A DNA stretch of 64,000 bases from Dehalococcoidia bacterium (lineage in GTDB: Bacteria > Chloroflexota > Dehalococcoidia > SHYB01): assembly GCA_965248515.1 (NCBI GenBank), contig CBDFJU010000001.1, positions 242,592 to 306,591 of the forward strand. The letters run 5' to 3'. Below the pieces are notes generated by a model. That model was not told the origin of the DNA and ran no database searches. It worked only from the letters and a program-made list of their open reading frames with translations. Each line of letters opens with the position of its first letter. Position 1 is the first letter of the stretch. Shown here in pieces: positions 1 to 10,664 of this stretch. Made by a program: the position numbers and the translations under genes.

Positions 1-2
1 GC

Positions 3-737
3 GTCATCACCCTCACCAATCCCCCCGCCAACGCTATTGATGGCGCAGTTATCGCTTCCCTTGAGCGCACCTTCGACGACCTCCGAAAAGCCAAAGACGT
101 TCGAGCCATCATTATTACGGGCGGAGAGGGGAGAATGTTCTCGGCCGGCGCCGACGTCAACTTCCTGGTCAAGAGCCCGCGGGAAGCCGTCGAAAAGCTG
201 ACGGTAGATGGCACCGAGCTCATGGACAGGATCGAGTCCTTTTCCAAGCCTGTGATCGCTGCCGTGAACGGGCTTGCTCTGGGGGGCGGCAACGAGCTGG
301 CAATGGCTTGCGACATCCGAATTGCCGCTGAGAGCGCCCGGTTCGGTCTGCCCGAGATCAACCTGGGGCTCATTCCCGGTTGGGGTGGCATCCAGCGTCT
401 TTCGAGGATTCTCGGGAAGGGGCGCGCCGCCGAGGTCGTGATGACGGGCGCCATGATCAACGCACAGGATGCCCTCGCTTTGGGCCTCGCCAACAAGGTG
501 GTCCCAGATGCCGACCTCATGACCGAAGCCAGGGTCATGGCCGCCAAGTTCGCCTCGATGGCGCCCCTGGCCATCGCAACGATCAAAGGTCGCCTCGTCT
601 CGGGGCTCAACGAGCCTCTGGGCCAGGCTGTGCGCGAAGATGTGAAGGCTTTCGCGCTCAACTTCCGTACCAAGGACGCTCGGGAAGGCATCACCGCTTT
701 CCTCGAGAAGCGCCCGCCCAAGTTCACGGGCGAGTAG
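3..737 (+). CDS. enoyl-CoA hydratase/isomerase (crotonase) family protein, 5' end cut by window edge
   Basis: Frame 3 is open from base 3 (VITLTNPPANAIDG...) and continuous with ORF 135..737. Crotonase signatures are FSAGADV, AAVNGLALGGGNELAMACDIRIAAE and GLIPGWGG. Stop TAG at 735-737. Confidence 0.9.
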   Translation, partial: VITLTNPPANAIDGAVIASLERTFDDLRKAKDVRAIIITGGEGRMFSAGADVNFLVKSPREAVEKLTVDGTELMDRIESFSKPVIAAVNGLALGGGNELAMACDIRIAAESARFGLPEINLGLIPGWGGIQRLSRILGKGRAAEVVMTGAMINAQDALALGLANKVVPDADLMTEARVMAAKFASMAPLAIATIKGRLVSGLNEPLGQAVREDVKAFALNFRTKDAREGITAFLEKRPPKFTGE

Positions 738-756
738 GCCGGCCCGAGACCCGCCG

Positions 757-2061
757 GTGGGGAGGCGACGCCCCGGAGCCGACGGCTCCAGGCTGGGGCC
801 CGGTCTCCACCTGGCGAGGATCAGCGCGTTCGGGTTCGGCTACACAGCCCTCGCGACAAGCTTCACCGCGTTCGTTCTGCCCACGTTCGTCTCTGACGTT
901 GTCTCCGAGGAGTCGAAGAATACGGCCCTCGGTGTCCTCTCCTTCGTCGCGCTGATGATCGCGCTGGTCGTGCAACCGATCGCCGGCGGCCTGAGCGACA
1001 GGTTGCGGACCGCCTGGGGCCGCCGCGCGCCATTCATCCTGTTGGGCGCCGTGCTCTCGGTCCCCATGATCATTGCCGTGGGTGTCGCGTCATCCTACGT
1101 GCTGCTCTTCGTCTTCGTCTGCGTGCTGCAGCTCTTCGCCAATTCCGCGTTGGGGCCCTATCAGGGGCTGATCCGCGACCTCGTGCCGTCGGACCGCCGA
1201 GGCGCCGCCTCCGGCATGAAGATGCTTGTGGAGGTCGCGGGCGCCCTGACTGTGACTGCCCTGGTGAGCAAGTTCATCGGCCTCTACGAGGACTCGGACA
1301 ACTTCCTCTGGGTCTGGGCGGCGACCGGCGTGCTCGCGGGCATCGTCCTCCTGGGGGCGGTGACGACGACCGCCGCGATCAAAGACGCCCCCGGGCCAAG
1401 TCTCGCCAGCCGGGCCGGGGATCGGGCCGCCGAAGTCCGGCTGCGTCCCGACTTCAAGTGGTTCCTGCTGTCCCGGTTTGTGCTCACGATAGGGGTTGCA
1501 TCACTCCAGACCTTCGCTCTCTTCTTCCTGGAAGACTCGGTCGGCATCGAGAACCCGGCCGACGAGCTGTGGAAGCTCATCCTCATCGTAGGCGCCATGA
1601 CAGTGCTGGTGTCCTATCCCGCCGGCCTCCTCGCGGACCGGTTGGGACGAAGGCGGGTGATGTTCTCCGCTGGAATTCTTGCCGCCCCCTCGGCGCTGAT
1701 CCTGATCTTCGCCGGGAGTCTCGGGGCAGTCATGGTGGTGGCGGGCTTCGCCGGGGCGGCGCTCGGCCTCTTCCTTGGGGCGAACTGGGCCATGGCGACG
1801 GACCTCGTGTCCTCGGGACGCACCGCGCAGCAGCTGGGATACATCAACATTGCCACCGCGGCGGGCGCCGGTCTGGCCCGACTCAACGGGTTGTGGGTAG
1901 ACGCCCTCAACGCTGGAGGCCGCGATTCCGGCTATTCGGTGCTGTTCGTTCTCTGTGGTATTCTGTTCCTTGTTGGGGGGCTTCTCCTTCTTCGAGTGCA
2001 ACAGGATGAGCCCGCGCCGCGACACGACGTGATGGCTCCCGGAGACCGGCCACTTCCATGA
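757..2061 (+). CDS. MFS transporter
   Basis: 434-aa ORF with about 12 hydrophobic spans and an MFS motif-A-like GGLSDRLRTAWGRRAPF. The N-terminal extent is uncertain. The stop overlaps the next start (ATGA at 2058-2061). Confidence 0.8.
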   Translation: MGRRRPGADGSRLGPGLHLARISAFGFGYTALATSFTAFVLPTFVSDVVSEESKNTALGVLSFVALMIALVVQPIAGGLSDRLRTAWGRRAPFILLGAVLSVPMIIAVGVASSYVLLFVFVCVLQLFANSALGPYQGLIRDLVPSDRRGAASGMKMLVEVAGALTVTALVSKFIGLYEDSDNFLWVWAATGVLAGIVLLGAVTTTAAIKDAPGPSLASRAGDRAAEVRLRPDFKWFLLSRFVLTIGVASLQTFALFFLEDSVGIENPADELWKLILIVGAMTVLVSYPAGLLADRLGRRRVMFSAGILAAPSALILIFAGSLGAVMVVAGFAGAALGLFLGANWAMATDLVSSGRTAQQLGYINIATAAGAGLARLNGLWVDALNAGGRDSGYSVLFVLCGILFLVGGLLLLRVQQDEPAPRHDVMAPGDRPLP

Positions 2062-2573
2062 TGCAGCGAGCCCGCCACGATATCGGCCTCGTCAAACGCC
2101 TGAACGCTGAGTCCTACGGCGAGCCTGGCGGCCGCACGTTCCGGATCGTTGCCGAGGCCCAACGGGGAACCGCGCTGATCTGGATGGAGAAGCAGCAGCT
2201 CTCCGCGCTGGCCATGTCCATCAAGAGTTATCTCGAACAGCTACCCGACGAGGCATTGGTCCCTGGCGAGCTCGCCGAGACGTCGTCGCCGGAGCCTTCC
2301 TTCGACTTCAAGGTCGCGAACCTGGCCATGGCCTACGACGAGTCGTCCAAGCGCTTCGGGATTCTGGCGTCCGACCAGGATGACGCCGAGTCGGAAACAG
2401 TGACCGTGGCCTGCTGGTCTCCACAGGCCCAGGCGTCGAAGATGGCCGACGAGGCCCTGGAGATCGTCGCGGCGGGCCGGCCTCCGTGCCCGCTGTGCCA
2501 TGGGCCGATGGATCTGGAGGGGCACATCTGTCCCATGCAGAACGGCCACCGCGCTTACGAAGAGGAAGCGTAG
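2058..2573 (+). CDS. DUF3090 family protein (TIGR03847-like)
   Basis: 171 aa. N-terminal GEPGGRTFRIVAEAQRGTALIWMEKQQL and C-terminal CPLCHGPMDLEGHICPMQNGH match my memory of the DUF3090 family. Confidence 0.7.
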   Translation: MMQRARHDIGLVKRLNAESYGEPGGRTFRIVAEAQRGTALIWMEKQQLSALAMSIKSYLEQLPDEALVPGELAETSSPEPSFDFKVANLAMAYDESSKRFGILASDQDDAESETVTVACWSPQAQASKMADEALEIVAAGRPPCPLCHGPMDLEGHICPMQNGHRAYEEEA

Positions 2574-2574
2574 G

Positions 2575-3834
2575 TCACAAACAGCGGAGCCGGGGCGAGG
2601 TGATGGCCAGCCACAGGGTCAGGCCCACCATCAGTCCGCCGAACGCGATGTAGACGGGCCTGAGACCGACGGCTTCAGCGATGGCGCCGCCGACCAGCGA
2701 CGCCAGGGGCACCAGCCCGAACGAGATCATGTATAGGGACATGACTCGCCCGCGATACTGGTCGTCCACGTTGGTCTGAATCAGCGTATTGCTCATCAAC
2801 ATGGCCACCGCGTTCCCGAGCCCCAGTCCTATCAGCGCGACGACGGCTACCGCGAGATGATCGAAGGCCCCCAGGACCATCAGCATGGCGCCCATAAATA
2901 TTGTCGCCCCTAGAAGAAGCTTCCCCTGCCCCGCGAAGGTGCCCGCCACCGTGACGCCCCCTGCCCCCAGGATCCCGCCGGCGCCCGCGGCGATCAACAG
3001 GTAGCCGAACCCTTCGCCGTCCAGTCCCAGAATGTCGCCTGCATAGGCCGCCATCAGCTGCAAGTACGCCATCCCCAGGAACGACCAGATGTACGTGATC
3101 ATCAGAAGCTCCGCGATGGTGCGGTCCTTCTTTGCGTAGGAGACGCCGTCCTTGATGCTCTGGACAACCGGCGCGCTGCTTCGGGAGCTGGAGAAGCGGA
3201 CGGTCCGGAGCATCAGCACGGTACCGGCGGCGATGACGAAGCAGGCGGCCTGCATGAAGAAGGTCCCCTCGACCCCGACCGCTCCGATGAGGGCCCCAGC
3301 CGCCGTTGGCCCGATCAAACGCATCGAGTTCATGCTGATACCGTTGAGGGCCACCGCGTTGGAAATGTCCCTTGGCCCGACGATGTCGAAGACCAGAGAC
3401 TGCCGCGAGGGCGAGTTGAAGGCGAAAACCGCGCCGCCGAGCAGGGCCATGATGTAGACATGCCAGATCTGCACGGTATCCGTCAGGACTAGGAGGGCGA
3501 TGGTGACGCCGATAACGACCATGCCGAGCTGCGACCCCAGCATCACCTTTCGACGATCGAAGCGGTCGGCGAAGTCGCCGCCAACCGGCGAGAGGAGCAT
3601 CCCCAGTCCCTGGAAGAACGCGACGAGCCCCAGTTGCAGCGTCGACCCGGACAGCTCGTACACGAGCCAGCCCTTTCCGACGAGCTGGGTCCACTGGCCC
3701 AATCCCGTGAAGACGTTGCCCGCGAGGAGGAATCGGAAATCCCGGTGGCCCAGTGCGGACATCGGGCCCCGGCGCTCGGCCCGCACTGTCTCTTCAGTCG
3801 CCAAGAACGCTCCTCCTTGTGGCGCGAGCCGCAA
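2575..3834 (-). CDS. MFS transporter (EntS/MFS_3-like)
   Basis: Polytopic hydrophobic ORF with motif-A-like GGDFADRFDRRKVM. The more likely start is ATG 3762 (MSALGHRDFRFLLAGN...). Confidence 0.8.
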   Translation of the reverse strand: MRLAPQGGAFLATEETVRAERRGPMSALGHRDFRFLLAGNVFTGLGQWTQLVGKGWLVYELSGSTLQLGLVAFFQGLGMLLSPVGGDFADRFDRRKVMLGSQLGMVVIGVTIALLVLTDTVQIWHVYIMALLGGAVFAFNSPSRQSLVFDIVGPRDISNAVALNGISMNSMRLIGPTAAGALIGAVGVEGTFFMQAACFVIAAGTVLMLRTVRFSSSRSSAPVVQSIKDGVSYAKKDRTIAELLMITYIWSFLGMAYLQLMAAYAGDILGLDGEGFGYLLIAAGAGGILGAGGVTVAGTFAGQGKLLLGATIFMGAMLMVLGAFDHLAVAVVALIGLGLGNAVAMLMSNTLIQTNVDDQYRGRVMSLYMISFGLVPLASLVGGAIAEAVGLRPVYIAFGGLMVGLTLWLAITSPRLRCL

Positions 3835-3995
3835 CGAGAAGGATACAGCAGCGAGACGGGACGGTGTGGGTCTTCGGCTGGAGCCGTGTCCTTGACATGC
3901 CCCTCAAGCGAGAATACGGTACAGCCCGAACCAACGGCTGCGGCTCCGCAATCGATGCGTCGGTAAGCGTTTAGCATCTCCCACCCGGTGACCCG

Positions 3996-5741
3996 GTGAC
4001 ACAAAAGAGTACCCAGATCTACTACGGCTCGCTGCAGGATACGCGGCGCCCGGCGGTGATGGGCATTCGGGGCCTTGTCTCGTCGGGCCATTATCTGGCC
4101 TCGGCCGCGGGCATGCGTATGCTCCACTCGGGTGGTAACGCCGTCGACGCGGGGGTAGCGGCCGGCATGTGCCTCAACGTGCTGCTTCCGTACCTGACCA
4201 GCCTTGGCGGCGTGGCCCCCATCATCCTCTACTCCGCTCGGGACAAGAAAGTGACGACGATAAGCGGTCTTGGCCGCTGGCCCAGGGCCGCCAGCATCGA
4301 CGTCATCAAGGAGCGAGGAAACGGCGACCTGCCCCGGGGTGTGCTGCGCTGCGTGACGCCTGCGGCGCTGGATGCGTGGGTAACGGCGCTCGAACGCTAT
4401 GGCCGCCTTTCGTTCGAGCAAGCAGCGGGTCCGGCCCTCGAGCTCGCCGAACAGGGCTTCGCCGTGGACCCCTCCATGCACGCGGCTATGACGAACCTGC
4501 TCCACACCCTCGAGGACTGGCCCTGGACCGCCGACGTCTTCTATCCCAAGGGGAAGGCCCCGGTGGTCGGCAGCGTTTTGAAGCAGCCCGACCTTGCGCG
4601 AACGCTCAAGATACTTATGGCGGCCGAAGCCGGGAACGGCGGTCGAGAAGCCGGCCTGCGGCGCGTCCGCGACACGTTCTACAAGGGCGAGATCGCTGCA
4701 ACGATGGCCGAATTCGTGCGGGCCCAGGGGGGCCTGCTGACCTCGGAGGACCTTGCCGAGTTCTCGGTCAAGGAAGAGCCCCCGGTCTCCATCGACTACA
4801 AGGGCTACCAGGTCTACTCCTGTGGACCCTGGTGCCAGGGCCCAACGGTCCCCCACGTCTTGAAAATCCTCGAGGGCGTCGACCTCTCATCCCTCGAGCA
4901 CAACAGCGCGGCCTACCTGCACCGCATTGTCGAGGCCGTCAAGCTTTCCTATGCGGACCGGGAACGCTACTACGGCGACCCGGAATTCGTCGACGTCCCC
5001 ATCGAGGCGCTCCTGAGTGACGCCTATGCCGCCCATCGGCGAACGCTCATCGATCCGCACTCGGCCTGGCCGGAGATGCCCCCCTACGGCGATCCCTCGA
5101 CGCTTTCCACCCCCGCGGGGCCGTCGATGAAGGCCGCCGCCGGGGGCGGTTACCAGGGCGATACCAGCTACGTCTGCGTCATCGACCGCGAGGGCAACGG
5201 CTTCTCCGCCACACCCAGCGACTTTCTGGGCGACGTCCCGATCGTCCCGGGCCTCGGGCTACTCGTCTCCGGGCGCGGCACGTCGAGCTGGCTCGACCCG
5301 GACCACGCCTCGTCGCTCCAGCCATGGAAGCGACCGCGCCTGACGCCGAATCCGGGGCTCGTGATGCGGGATGGCGAACTGAGCATGGTCTTCGGCACCC
5401 CGGGAGGCGACCAGCAGCCGCAGGGGATGGTCCAGACCTTCCTCAACATCATCGAGTTCGGAATGACTCCCCAGAAGGCTGTCGAGCAGACTCGCGTCGG
5501 CAGCCTCAGCTTTCCCAACTCGTTCTGGCCGCATCAATACCTGCCGGGAAGGCTGATCGTCGAGGAGCGGCTCCCGGCGCAGACGCGGAAGGCGCTGACG
5601 CACCTGGGACACGACCTCGAGATCTGGAACGCCCTCGAGCCGCGGCTGGGCCATGTCTGCGTGGTGCGGCGAGACCCGGAGACCGGGGTGTTGCACGGGG
5701 GCGCCGACCCGCGCTTTCAGTCGCTGGCCATCGGCTGGTAA
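3996..5741 (+). CDS. ggt: gamma-glutamyltransferase family protein
   Basis: 581 aa with a GTG start. GDTSYVCVIDREGNGFSATPS is the autoprocessing Thr-nucleophile context, and GTPGGDQQPQG lies near the C-terminus. Confidence 0.85.
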   Translation: MTQKSTQIYYGSLQDTRRPAVMGIRGLVSSGHYLASAAGMRMLHSGGNAVDAGVAAGMCLNVLLPYLTSLGGVAPIILYSARDKKVTTISGLGRWPRAASIDVIKERGNGDLPRGVLRCVTPAALDAWVTALERYGRLSFEQAAGPALELAEQGFAVDPSMHAAMTNLLHTLEDWPWTADVFYPKGKAPVVGSVLKQPDLARTLKILMAAEAGNGGREAGLRRVRDTFYKGEIAATMAEFVRAQGGLLTSEDLAEFSVKEEPPVSIDYKGYQVYSCGPWCQGPTVPHVLKILEGVDLSSLEHNSAAYLHRIVEAVKLSYADRERYYGDPEFVDVPIEALLSDAYAAHRRTLIDPHSAWPEMPPYGDPSTLSTPAGPSMKAAAGGGYQGDTSYVCVIDREGNGFSATPSDFLGDVPIVPGLGLLVSGRGTSSWLDPDHASSLQPWKRPRLTPNPGLVMRDGELSMVFGTPGGDQQPQGMVQTFLNIIEFGMTPQKAVEQTRVGSLSFPNSFWPHQYLPGRLIVEERLPAQTRKALTHLGHDLEIWNALEPRLGHVCVVRRDPETGVLHGGADPRFQSLAIGW

Positions 5742-5859
5742 CAGGCACGGGTAGGAAGATTCCATTAGGGCTCTGACTGGGTTGACTCGGAGGCGTTTGC
5801 AGCCGGTCCCGGGCTCTTCGGTATGCTTTCCCGGTACGTACCTAGGAATCTTTCGTATA

Positions 5860-6903
5860 ATGATGATGCAGGAGACGCATCATCAGATGTTGACCGTGGG
5901 GGAACCCCGGGACCGAGGCGCCATGCTAAGGAGCCGAATGGTAAACGAGTTCAATTTCACTCGGCCGGTGAAAGACCCCTCCAGATTCGGTGGGCGCCGA
6001 ACCGAGCTCGAGTTGGTCAAGTACTATCTGGACCGAGACGTTTCGGTGACGCCGGTGAACCTTCTAATCATCGGAGATCGAGGTAGTGGCAAGTCCAGCC
6101 TTCTCAACATGATCGATCAGGAGGCTCGGCGTCAGGGTCATCTCGTAGCGCGGGTAGACCTCGACGAGGGACTGACCAGTGCCGCAGACACGCTGCTCCA
6201 ACAGATAGTCGAAGAGATCGTTATCGAAGCCAAGAAACAACTCGATCACTCGGGTTCGGCTTCGGGGATGGTGAGACAGCTTCACATAGGCGAAACCAAT
6301 GGACATTCAAGCATCGACCGCAAACCTCTACTCTCGGCGCCACAGAGGGCGCTCGGCGAGATCGTCGGACGCCTGAACTCAGGGACAGAGCCAACGCCGG
6401 GACGGATTTGTATCATCATCGACGACGGGGACCTCATCGCAGAGAATAAGGTGCTGATGCGGCGCATGCGTAATGCGGTGTGCAGCGCACCGGGAGTGCA
6501 AGTGGTCATGGCCGCCGAGAGTGGTCGCTTCCAGCCCACGGATTCCATGGCGTCCCTGTTTTTGCGAAGCTTCAAGTTCGTTCCGCTGAGCCCTTTCAGC
6601 CGCCTTGAGGACGTGAGGGAGTGTATCGAAGGGCCGTTGAACGGCACGGCCGGGTCGGTCAGAGTCCCCGACGAATTCGTCGCCGAGGTTCACGCGTTGA
6701 CCGGAGGACATCCTTATCTCATCCAGTTGACCTGTCACGTCTGGCTGAGAAGGCAAAGTCAAGGGCAGTCCGGTTCTCTCGAGTACCACTTCGACGGAGA
6801 CACGCTGGACGAGCTCGGCCAGACTGCCGACGAGTTGCCACACTCGGCCGGTCCTGAGTTCCGGATCAGGATCCGCAACTGGAGGATTCTCGTCCGCGGA
6901 TAG
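5860..6903 (+). CDS. P-loop ATPase (AAA_16/STAND-like), function unknown
   Basis: Walker A GDRGSGKSS, Walker B ICIIIDDGD and a GGHPYLIQL helix. ATG triplet at 5860 is preferred over the upstream TTG at 5782. The gene is convergent with the next gene. Confidence 0.6.
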   Translation: MMMQETHHQMLTVGEPRDRGAMLRSRMVNEFNFTRPVKDPSRFGGRRTELELVKYYLDRDVSVTPVNLLIIGDRGSGKSSLLNMIDQEARRQGHLVARVDLDEGLTSAADTLLQQIVEEIVIEAKKQLDHSGSASGMVRQLHIGETNGHSSIDRKPLLSAPQRALGEIVGRLNSGTEPTPGRICIIIDDGDLIAENKVLMRRMRNAVCSAPGVQVVMAAESGRFQPTDSMASLFLRSFKFVPLSPFSRLEDVRECIEGPLNGTAGSVRVPDEFVAEVHALTGGHPYLIQLTCHVWLRRQSQGQSGSLEYHFDGDTLDELGQTADELPHSAGPEFRIRIRNWRILVRG

Positions 6904-6946
6904 ATCGCTGGGAATCGCCCCTGACAGAACGGCCCGGAGCCGAACA

Positions 6947-8287
6947 CTAGAGGCACCAATACACCACGCCTCCTTCAGCAATCCTGTTTCTGAACTTTGT
7001 CATCGCGCCCTTGACGTCGACGAATACCCCCCCCTGAGAATCGCGCAGCAGGCTCAGGTAATGCTCGATGGGCTGGTCCATGAGCACCTTGTGCGGTACT
7101 GCCAAGATGACCAGGTCGTAGGTCGTGCTCGCTGAGAAGGGGTCATCAATCGCCTTGAGCCTTTCATCCCGGATTTGAGATGGACTCAGGACGGGATCGT
7201 AGACGTCCACCTCGAGGCCATGTAGCTCGAGGGCCTGCACCAGGCCCGTGACGCCTGTGTTTCTTGAGTCCCGAACATCTTCCTTAAACGCGCAGCCGAG
7301 GACGACGGCTTGGGCTCCCTCCGTGCTGCCACGGCCCTCTGCGACAAGCCTGGCTGCCTCGCGACCAATGAAATCGCCGATCGAGTCGTTTACCTTTCGT
7401 CCGGCCAGGATGACCTCCGGCTGATATCCCGCTCGCTGCGCAAGATCCGCCAGGTAGTAGGGGTCGACGGGAATGCAATGCCCGCCGACCAGGCCAGGCC
7501 GAAAGCCCAGGAAGTTCCACTTCGTAGCGGCTGCGTCGAGAATCGCGCCGGTGTCGAGACCAAGCCGATGGAAGATCATCGCGAACTCGTTGGCGATGGC
7601 GATGTTAACGTCGCGCTGCACGTTTTCGATAACCTTGGCAGCCTCGGCCACTCGAATGCTCGGGGCGCGGTAGATCTGGTGGCCGGTCACAGGGCCGTAA
7701 ACGTCCGCTAGCAGGTCGAGCGTCTCCTCGTCCTCGGCGGAGACGATCTTCACGACCTTGTCCAAGCCGTGGGCCGGATCCCCCGGGTTGACGCGTTCCG
7801 GTGAGTAGCCGACCTTGAAATCCGGGCCTCCGCGGAGGCCCGACTCTCGCTCCAGGATTGGAACGCACACATCCTCGGTACACCCGGGATACACAGTCGA
7901 CTCGAAAACCACCGTCGCGGGGCCGGCACTGGGGCCGATTCCTTCTACACGTCGTCGCAAAGCCCGGCCGATCATCGCGGTGGCCTGTTCCAGGGCCCGC
8001 AGATCGGGTTGCTTGAGATGGTCCACAGGGGTCGGTACGGCGACGACGAAAAAGTCGGCTTTCCGGAGGGTCTCTTCCTCGCTGGAGAAATGTAGGGGAG
8101 GCCGCTCCAGGTCTGCCCTCGTGAGCTCTCCGTTGCGATCATGACCTCGCTGGAGCTCAGCGATGCGCTTCTCGTCGATGTCGAACCCTAAAGTCGAGTA
8201 ATGGAGGCCGAACCGACAGGCCAAGGGCAGTCCAACATAGCCCAGACCTACTACGGCGACCTCGGGCGGAATGGTTGCTAGGGCCAT
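6947..8287 (-). CDS. nucleotide-sugar 6-dehydrogenase (UDP-glucose/GDP-mannose dehydrogenase family, WbpA/TviB/CapL-like)
   Basis: Rossmann motif VAVVGLGYVGLPLA and catalytic-Cys motif GGHCIPVDPYY. 446 aa. Substrate cannot be determined from sequence alone. Confidence 0.88.
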   Translation of the reverse strand: MALATIPPEVAVVGLGYVGLPLACRFGLHYSTLGFDIDEKRIAELQRGHDRNGELTRADLERPPLHFSSEEETLRKADFFVVAVPTPVDHLKQPDLRALEQATAMIGRALRRRVEGIGPSAGPATVVFESTVYPGCTEDVCVPILERESGLRGGPDFKVGYSPERVNPGDPAHGLDKVVKIVSAEDEETLDLLADVYGPVTGHQIYRAPSIRVAEAAKVIENVQRDVNIAIANEFAMIFHRLGLDTGAILDAAATKWNFLGFRPGLVGGHCIPVDPYYLADLAQRAGYQPEVILAGRKVNDSIGDFIGREAARLVAEGRGSTEGAQAVVLGCAFKEDVRDSRNTGVTGLVQALELHGLEVDVYDPVLSPSQIRDERLKAIDDPFSASTTYDLVILAVPHKVLMDQPIEHYLSLLRDSQGGVFVDVKGAMTKFRNRIAEGGVVYWCL

Positions 8288-8430
8288 CGGGCCGCGTCCT
8301 CCTGGTGAGCCGCCTGCGGTACAGGGTCAGGTTACGGGATGAGAAATGTCGATACAAGCGTTAGCAGGCGACGGGCGACGAGGTGGTCTAGAAAGCCAGG
8401 CCTCTTGGGGAACGTCCCGGGGCTCTGCCG

Positions 8431-10629
8431 TCAACATGCCAGCGAGGCGTTCGTGTAGCCGCTGGGGAGCTGGTCCGTCCCCAGAATGCGATTCCTTAAA
8501 TACTGACCTACGGGCGTAAGAGCGGCTCCCACGCTTGGGCCGTCGAAGAGGGTCACACCCGCGTAGGACTCGGCGCTGCCTTGCATGATGTCCTTGTACG
8601 TCGAGAAAGTAAACCACCGCTGGATGTTCTTGCCCGAGGAGTTCGCCTCGAGCCAATCGAATACGGTCTGGAAGTACTGCAAAACCTGTGCGGTTTGATA
8701 TGTGCCACATGGCGTGGGCAGGCCGTTCACGAACACCAGTCCGGTCCAGCCCCAGTGGAGAGCGAGTTCGGTGACCCAGATCGGCTTGCTGCTGTGGGCT
8801 GACAGAGTGTTCAAGTAATCGCGCATCCCCGAGATTTGACTGGTCGGGATTGAGGCATCCACGGTCGGTATGTTGAGCCAGTCCAGGGGGTACACGTCTA
8901 TTGCCCAAATATCGATGGGCGGCTCCGACCCGATGATCGAATTGTATTGCTGGATGAAGCTCGTCATCCAATCCTGTCCGGAACGGTAGCCGCCGCAGCC
9001 GTTGCAAGTGAAAGCCCAATTGAGCACGGAGGGACTGGTGATAAGCGCAGTGGGGTCCGCTGCCTTGATGGCCGTGTACAGCGCCGCAAACTGTGGGACT
9101 TTGTTGATGATGTCGACGTCGGCAAGGTAGCCGCCCCGGCGGTTAGGTTCCCCGACGATGTACCAGACAGCGCCGGGAGTCTGCGCTGCCAGGGCCTGCA
9201 CTTCGGCAACTGATGGACCGGGCAGGTCCATGATGGCAATGACTTTCTGGAAACCCGCCGGACCCGGACCGGAGTTAAAGTCCAGGAGCCACTGGGCTTG
9301 AAGAGCAGTCACGAAGAAGGCTTGAGTCGAGGGGCTGGAGGTATGAAGCACAACGCCGTAACGCGCGTCGGCCGGAGGAAGGGGCGTGGCCGTCGGTGTG
9401 GGCCTGGGCACGGGCGTAGGTACGGGCGTAGGAGGAGCGCCACCACCACCACCTCCCAAGGGGAGGGGCGTAGGCGTTGGCAGCGGCCGAGGAGTTGGGA
9501 CGGGGGTCCGTGTGGGGAGAGGGGTTGGCGTGGCTGTCGGCTGGGGAGTCGCCGTCGCAGTCGGAATGGGGGTCGGGGAAGGTGTGGGCTCCGGCGTCGA
9601 AGTCGGCGTCGGTGTCGGCGTCGCCGTGGGAGTCGCGGTTGCTGTCGGGCTCAGCGTCTCGGTGGCGGTGGGGACCGCCGTGGGCGTGGCCTGGGGAAGG
9701 GGCGTGGGCTCCGGCGTGGCCGTTGCCAGGACTGCCGACCGTTGCAAGACGACGAAGGTGGAGAACCCCGATGGTGAGTTGAAAGTGAGGGTACGCGAAC
9801 CGGGCTGGAGATCGGCGGCCACCAGTCGCTCGGAGCGACCCTGGTCGTCGATGCGGACGACGGCCACCTCCACGTCCACTATCTGGTCTCCGAGGACCAC
9901 CTTCAGCTCAGAGTCGCTAATCACCCCATCGCTTGCCAGGCCCTCCGCGTCTACCTTGAGGACCAGGACCGTATTCCACGATGGTCCTGGTCCATCCAAC
10001 GAGGCTTGGACAACGGCCTCGTTGTCCCGCGCCACCCGGTCCAGTCGTCGCACGACGAATGTGGACTCGCGCGGGAGCCGTTGGAGCCCGAACTCGAACT
10101 GGGCCGCCTGAATAACCGCGACCGCGGACGCTGGAGGAGCGAACAGGCTTGTGCTAGCCCGGAGGTCACCGAGGGAAATCCGGACGCCGTTCGCCCTCCG
10201 TTCGAAGCCACTGACGTCGGCGTTGATCGTGAGGGCGACGGTACCATCGCGAGAAGGCAGGTTGAATGTTACCGAGGCGTTTCCCGTGTCGCCGAAGACC
10301 AGAGAAAGACCTGCATCAGGGTCGACAAACGATCCGAGCTCGGCGCCCTCGGGCAATACGATGGGGATGTCGAGAGCGCTCAGATCACCTCGCTCGTAGA
10401 CGAGAGCGACAGCGGTGCCCGATGTCGTCATCGCCTCGCCTGTGGTTGTTTGGGCGGAAGCGTTAGGGGATAGCGGCAGGGTCTCGGGTGCGGCGATATC
10501 GAGGAGGACGGAACCGACTGGCTCAGGTTCGCGGTCGTCGTTTCCCAGGGAGAGCACGACCGCAACCACGATAAACGAGCCAAGCGCGGTTGCGGCCAAA
10601 AGAAGAGCGAGGCCCTTTTCTCTCCCCAT
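8431..10629 (-). CDS. secreted/anchored glycoside-hydrolase-like protein (clan GH-A type catalytic core) with Pro/Thr linker
   Basis: N-terminal signal-anchor [22 protein letters not shown] and a beta-rich N-domain. A 120-aa P/T linker is followed by a C-terminal ~310 aa region with an NEP-like motif (IVGEPN) and a TE motif ([11 protein letters not shown]). Confidence 0.6.
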   Translation of the reverse strand: MGREKGLALLLAATALGSFIVVAVVLSLGNDDREPEPVGSVLLDIAAPETLPLSPNASAQTTTGEAMTTSGTAVALVYERGDLSALDIPIVLPEGAELGSFVDPDAGLSLVFGDTGNASVTFNLPSRDGTVALTINADVSGFERRANGVRISLGDLRASTSLFAPPASAVAVIQAAQFEFGLQRLPRESTFVVRRLDRVARDNEAVVQASLDGPGPSWNTVLVLKVDAEGLASDGVISDSELKVVLGDQIVDVEVAVVRIDDQGRSERLVAADLQPGSRTLTFNSPSGFSTFVVLQRSAVLATATPEPTPLPQATPTAVPTATETLSPTATATPTATPTPTPTSTPEPTPSPTPIPTATATPQPTATPTPLPTRTPVPTPRPLPTPTPLPLGGGGGGAPPTPVPTPVPRPTPTATPLPPADARYGVVLHTSSPSTQAFFVTALQAQWLLDFNSGPGPAGFQKVIAIMDLPGPSVAEVQALAAQTPGAVWYIVGEPNRRGGYLADVDIINKVPQFAALYTAIKAADPTALITSPSVLNWAFTCNGCGGYRSGQDWMTSFIQQYNSIIGSEPPIDIWAIDVYPLDWLNIPTVDASIPTSQISGMRDYLNTLSAHSSKPIWVTELALHWGWTGLVFVNGLPTPCGTYQTAQVLQYFQTVFDWLEANSSGKNIQRWFTFSTYKDIMQGSAESYAGVTLFDGPSVGAALTPVGQYLRNRILGTDQLPSGYTNASLAC
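9370..9726 (-). repeat. low-complexity Pro/Thr linker coding region (aa ~302-420) with an internal Gly6
   Basis: Translates to [47 protein letters not shown]...[29 protein letters not shown]. Confidence 0.9.
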
Positions 10630-10664
10630 GCGGCTATCTCCCTCGCGTCATTGAGATTTGCTTT

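Noticed and set aside
5856-5861. Perfect TATAAT hexamer just upstream of the ATPase ATG triplet, considered as a -10 box.
   Set aside because: No acceptable -35 element lies at 16-19 nt spacing (GGTACG). The hexamer overlaps the likely start codon region. A chance occurrence cannot be excluded.
9370-9726. Repetitive nucleotide pattern (GGCGT/GGGGT-rich), considered as a tandem DNA repeat or CRISPR-like array.
   Set aside because: It is simply the coding sequence of a Pro/Thr linker on the minus strand. There is no repeat-spacer periodicity, and no cas genes are present.
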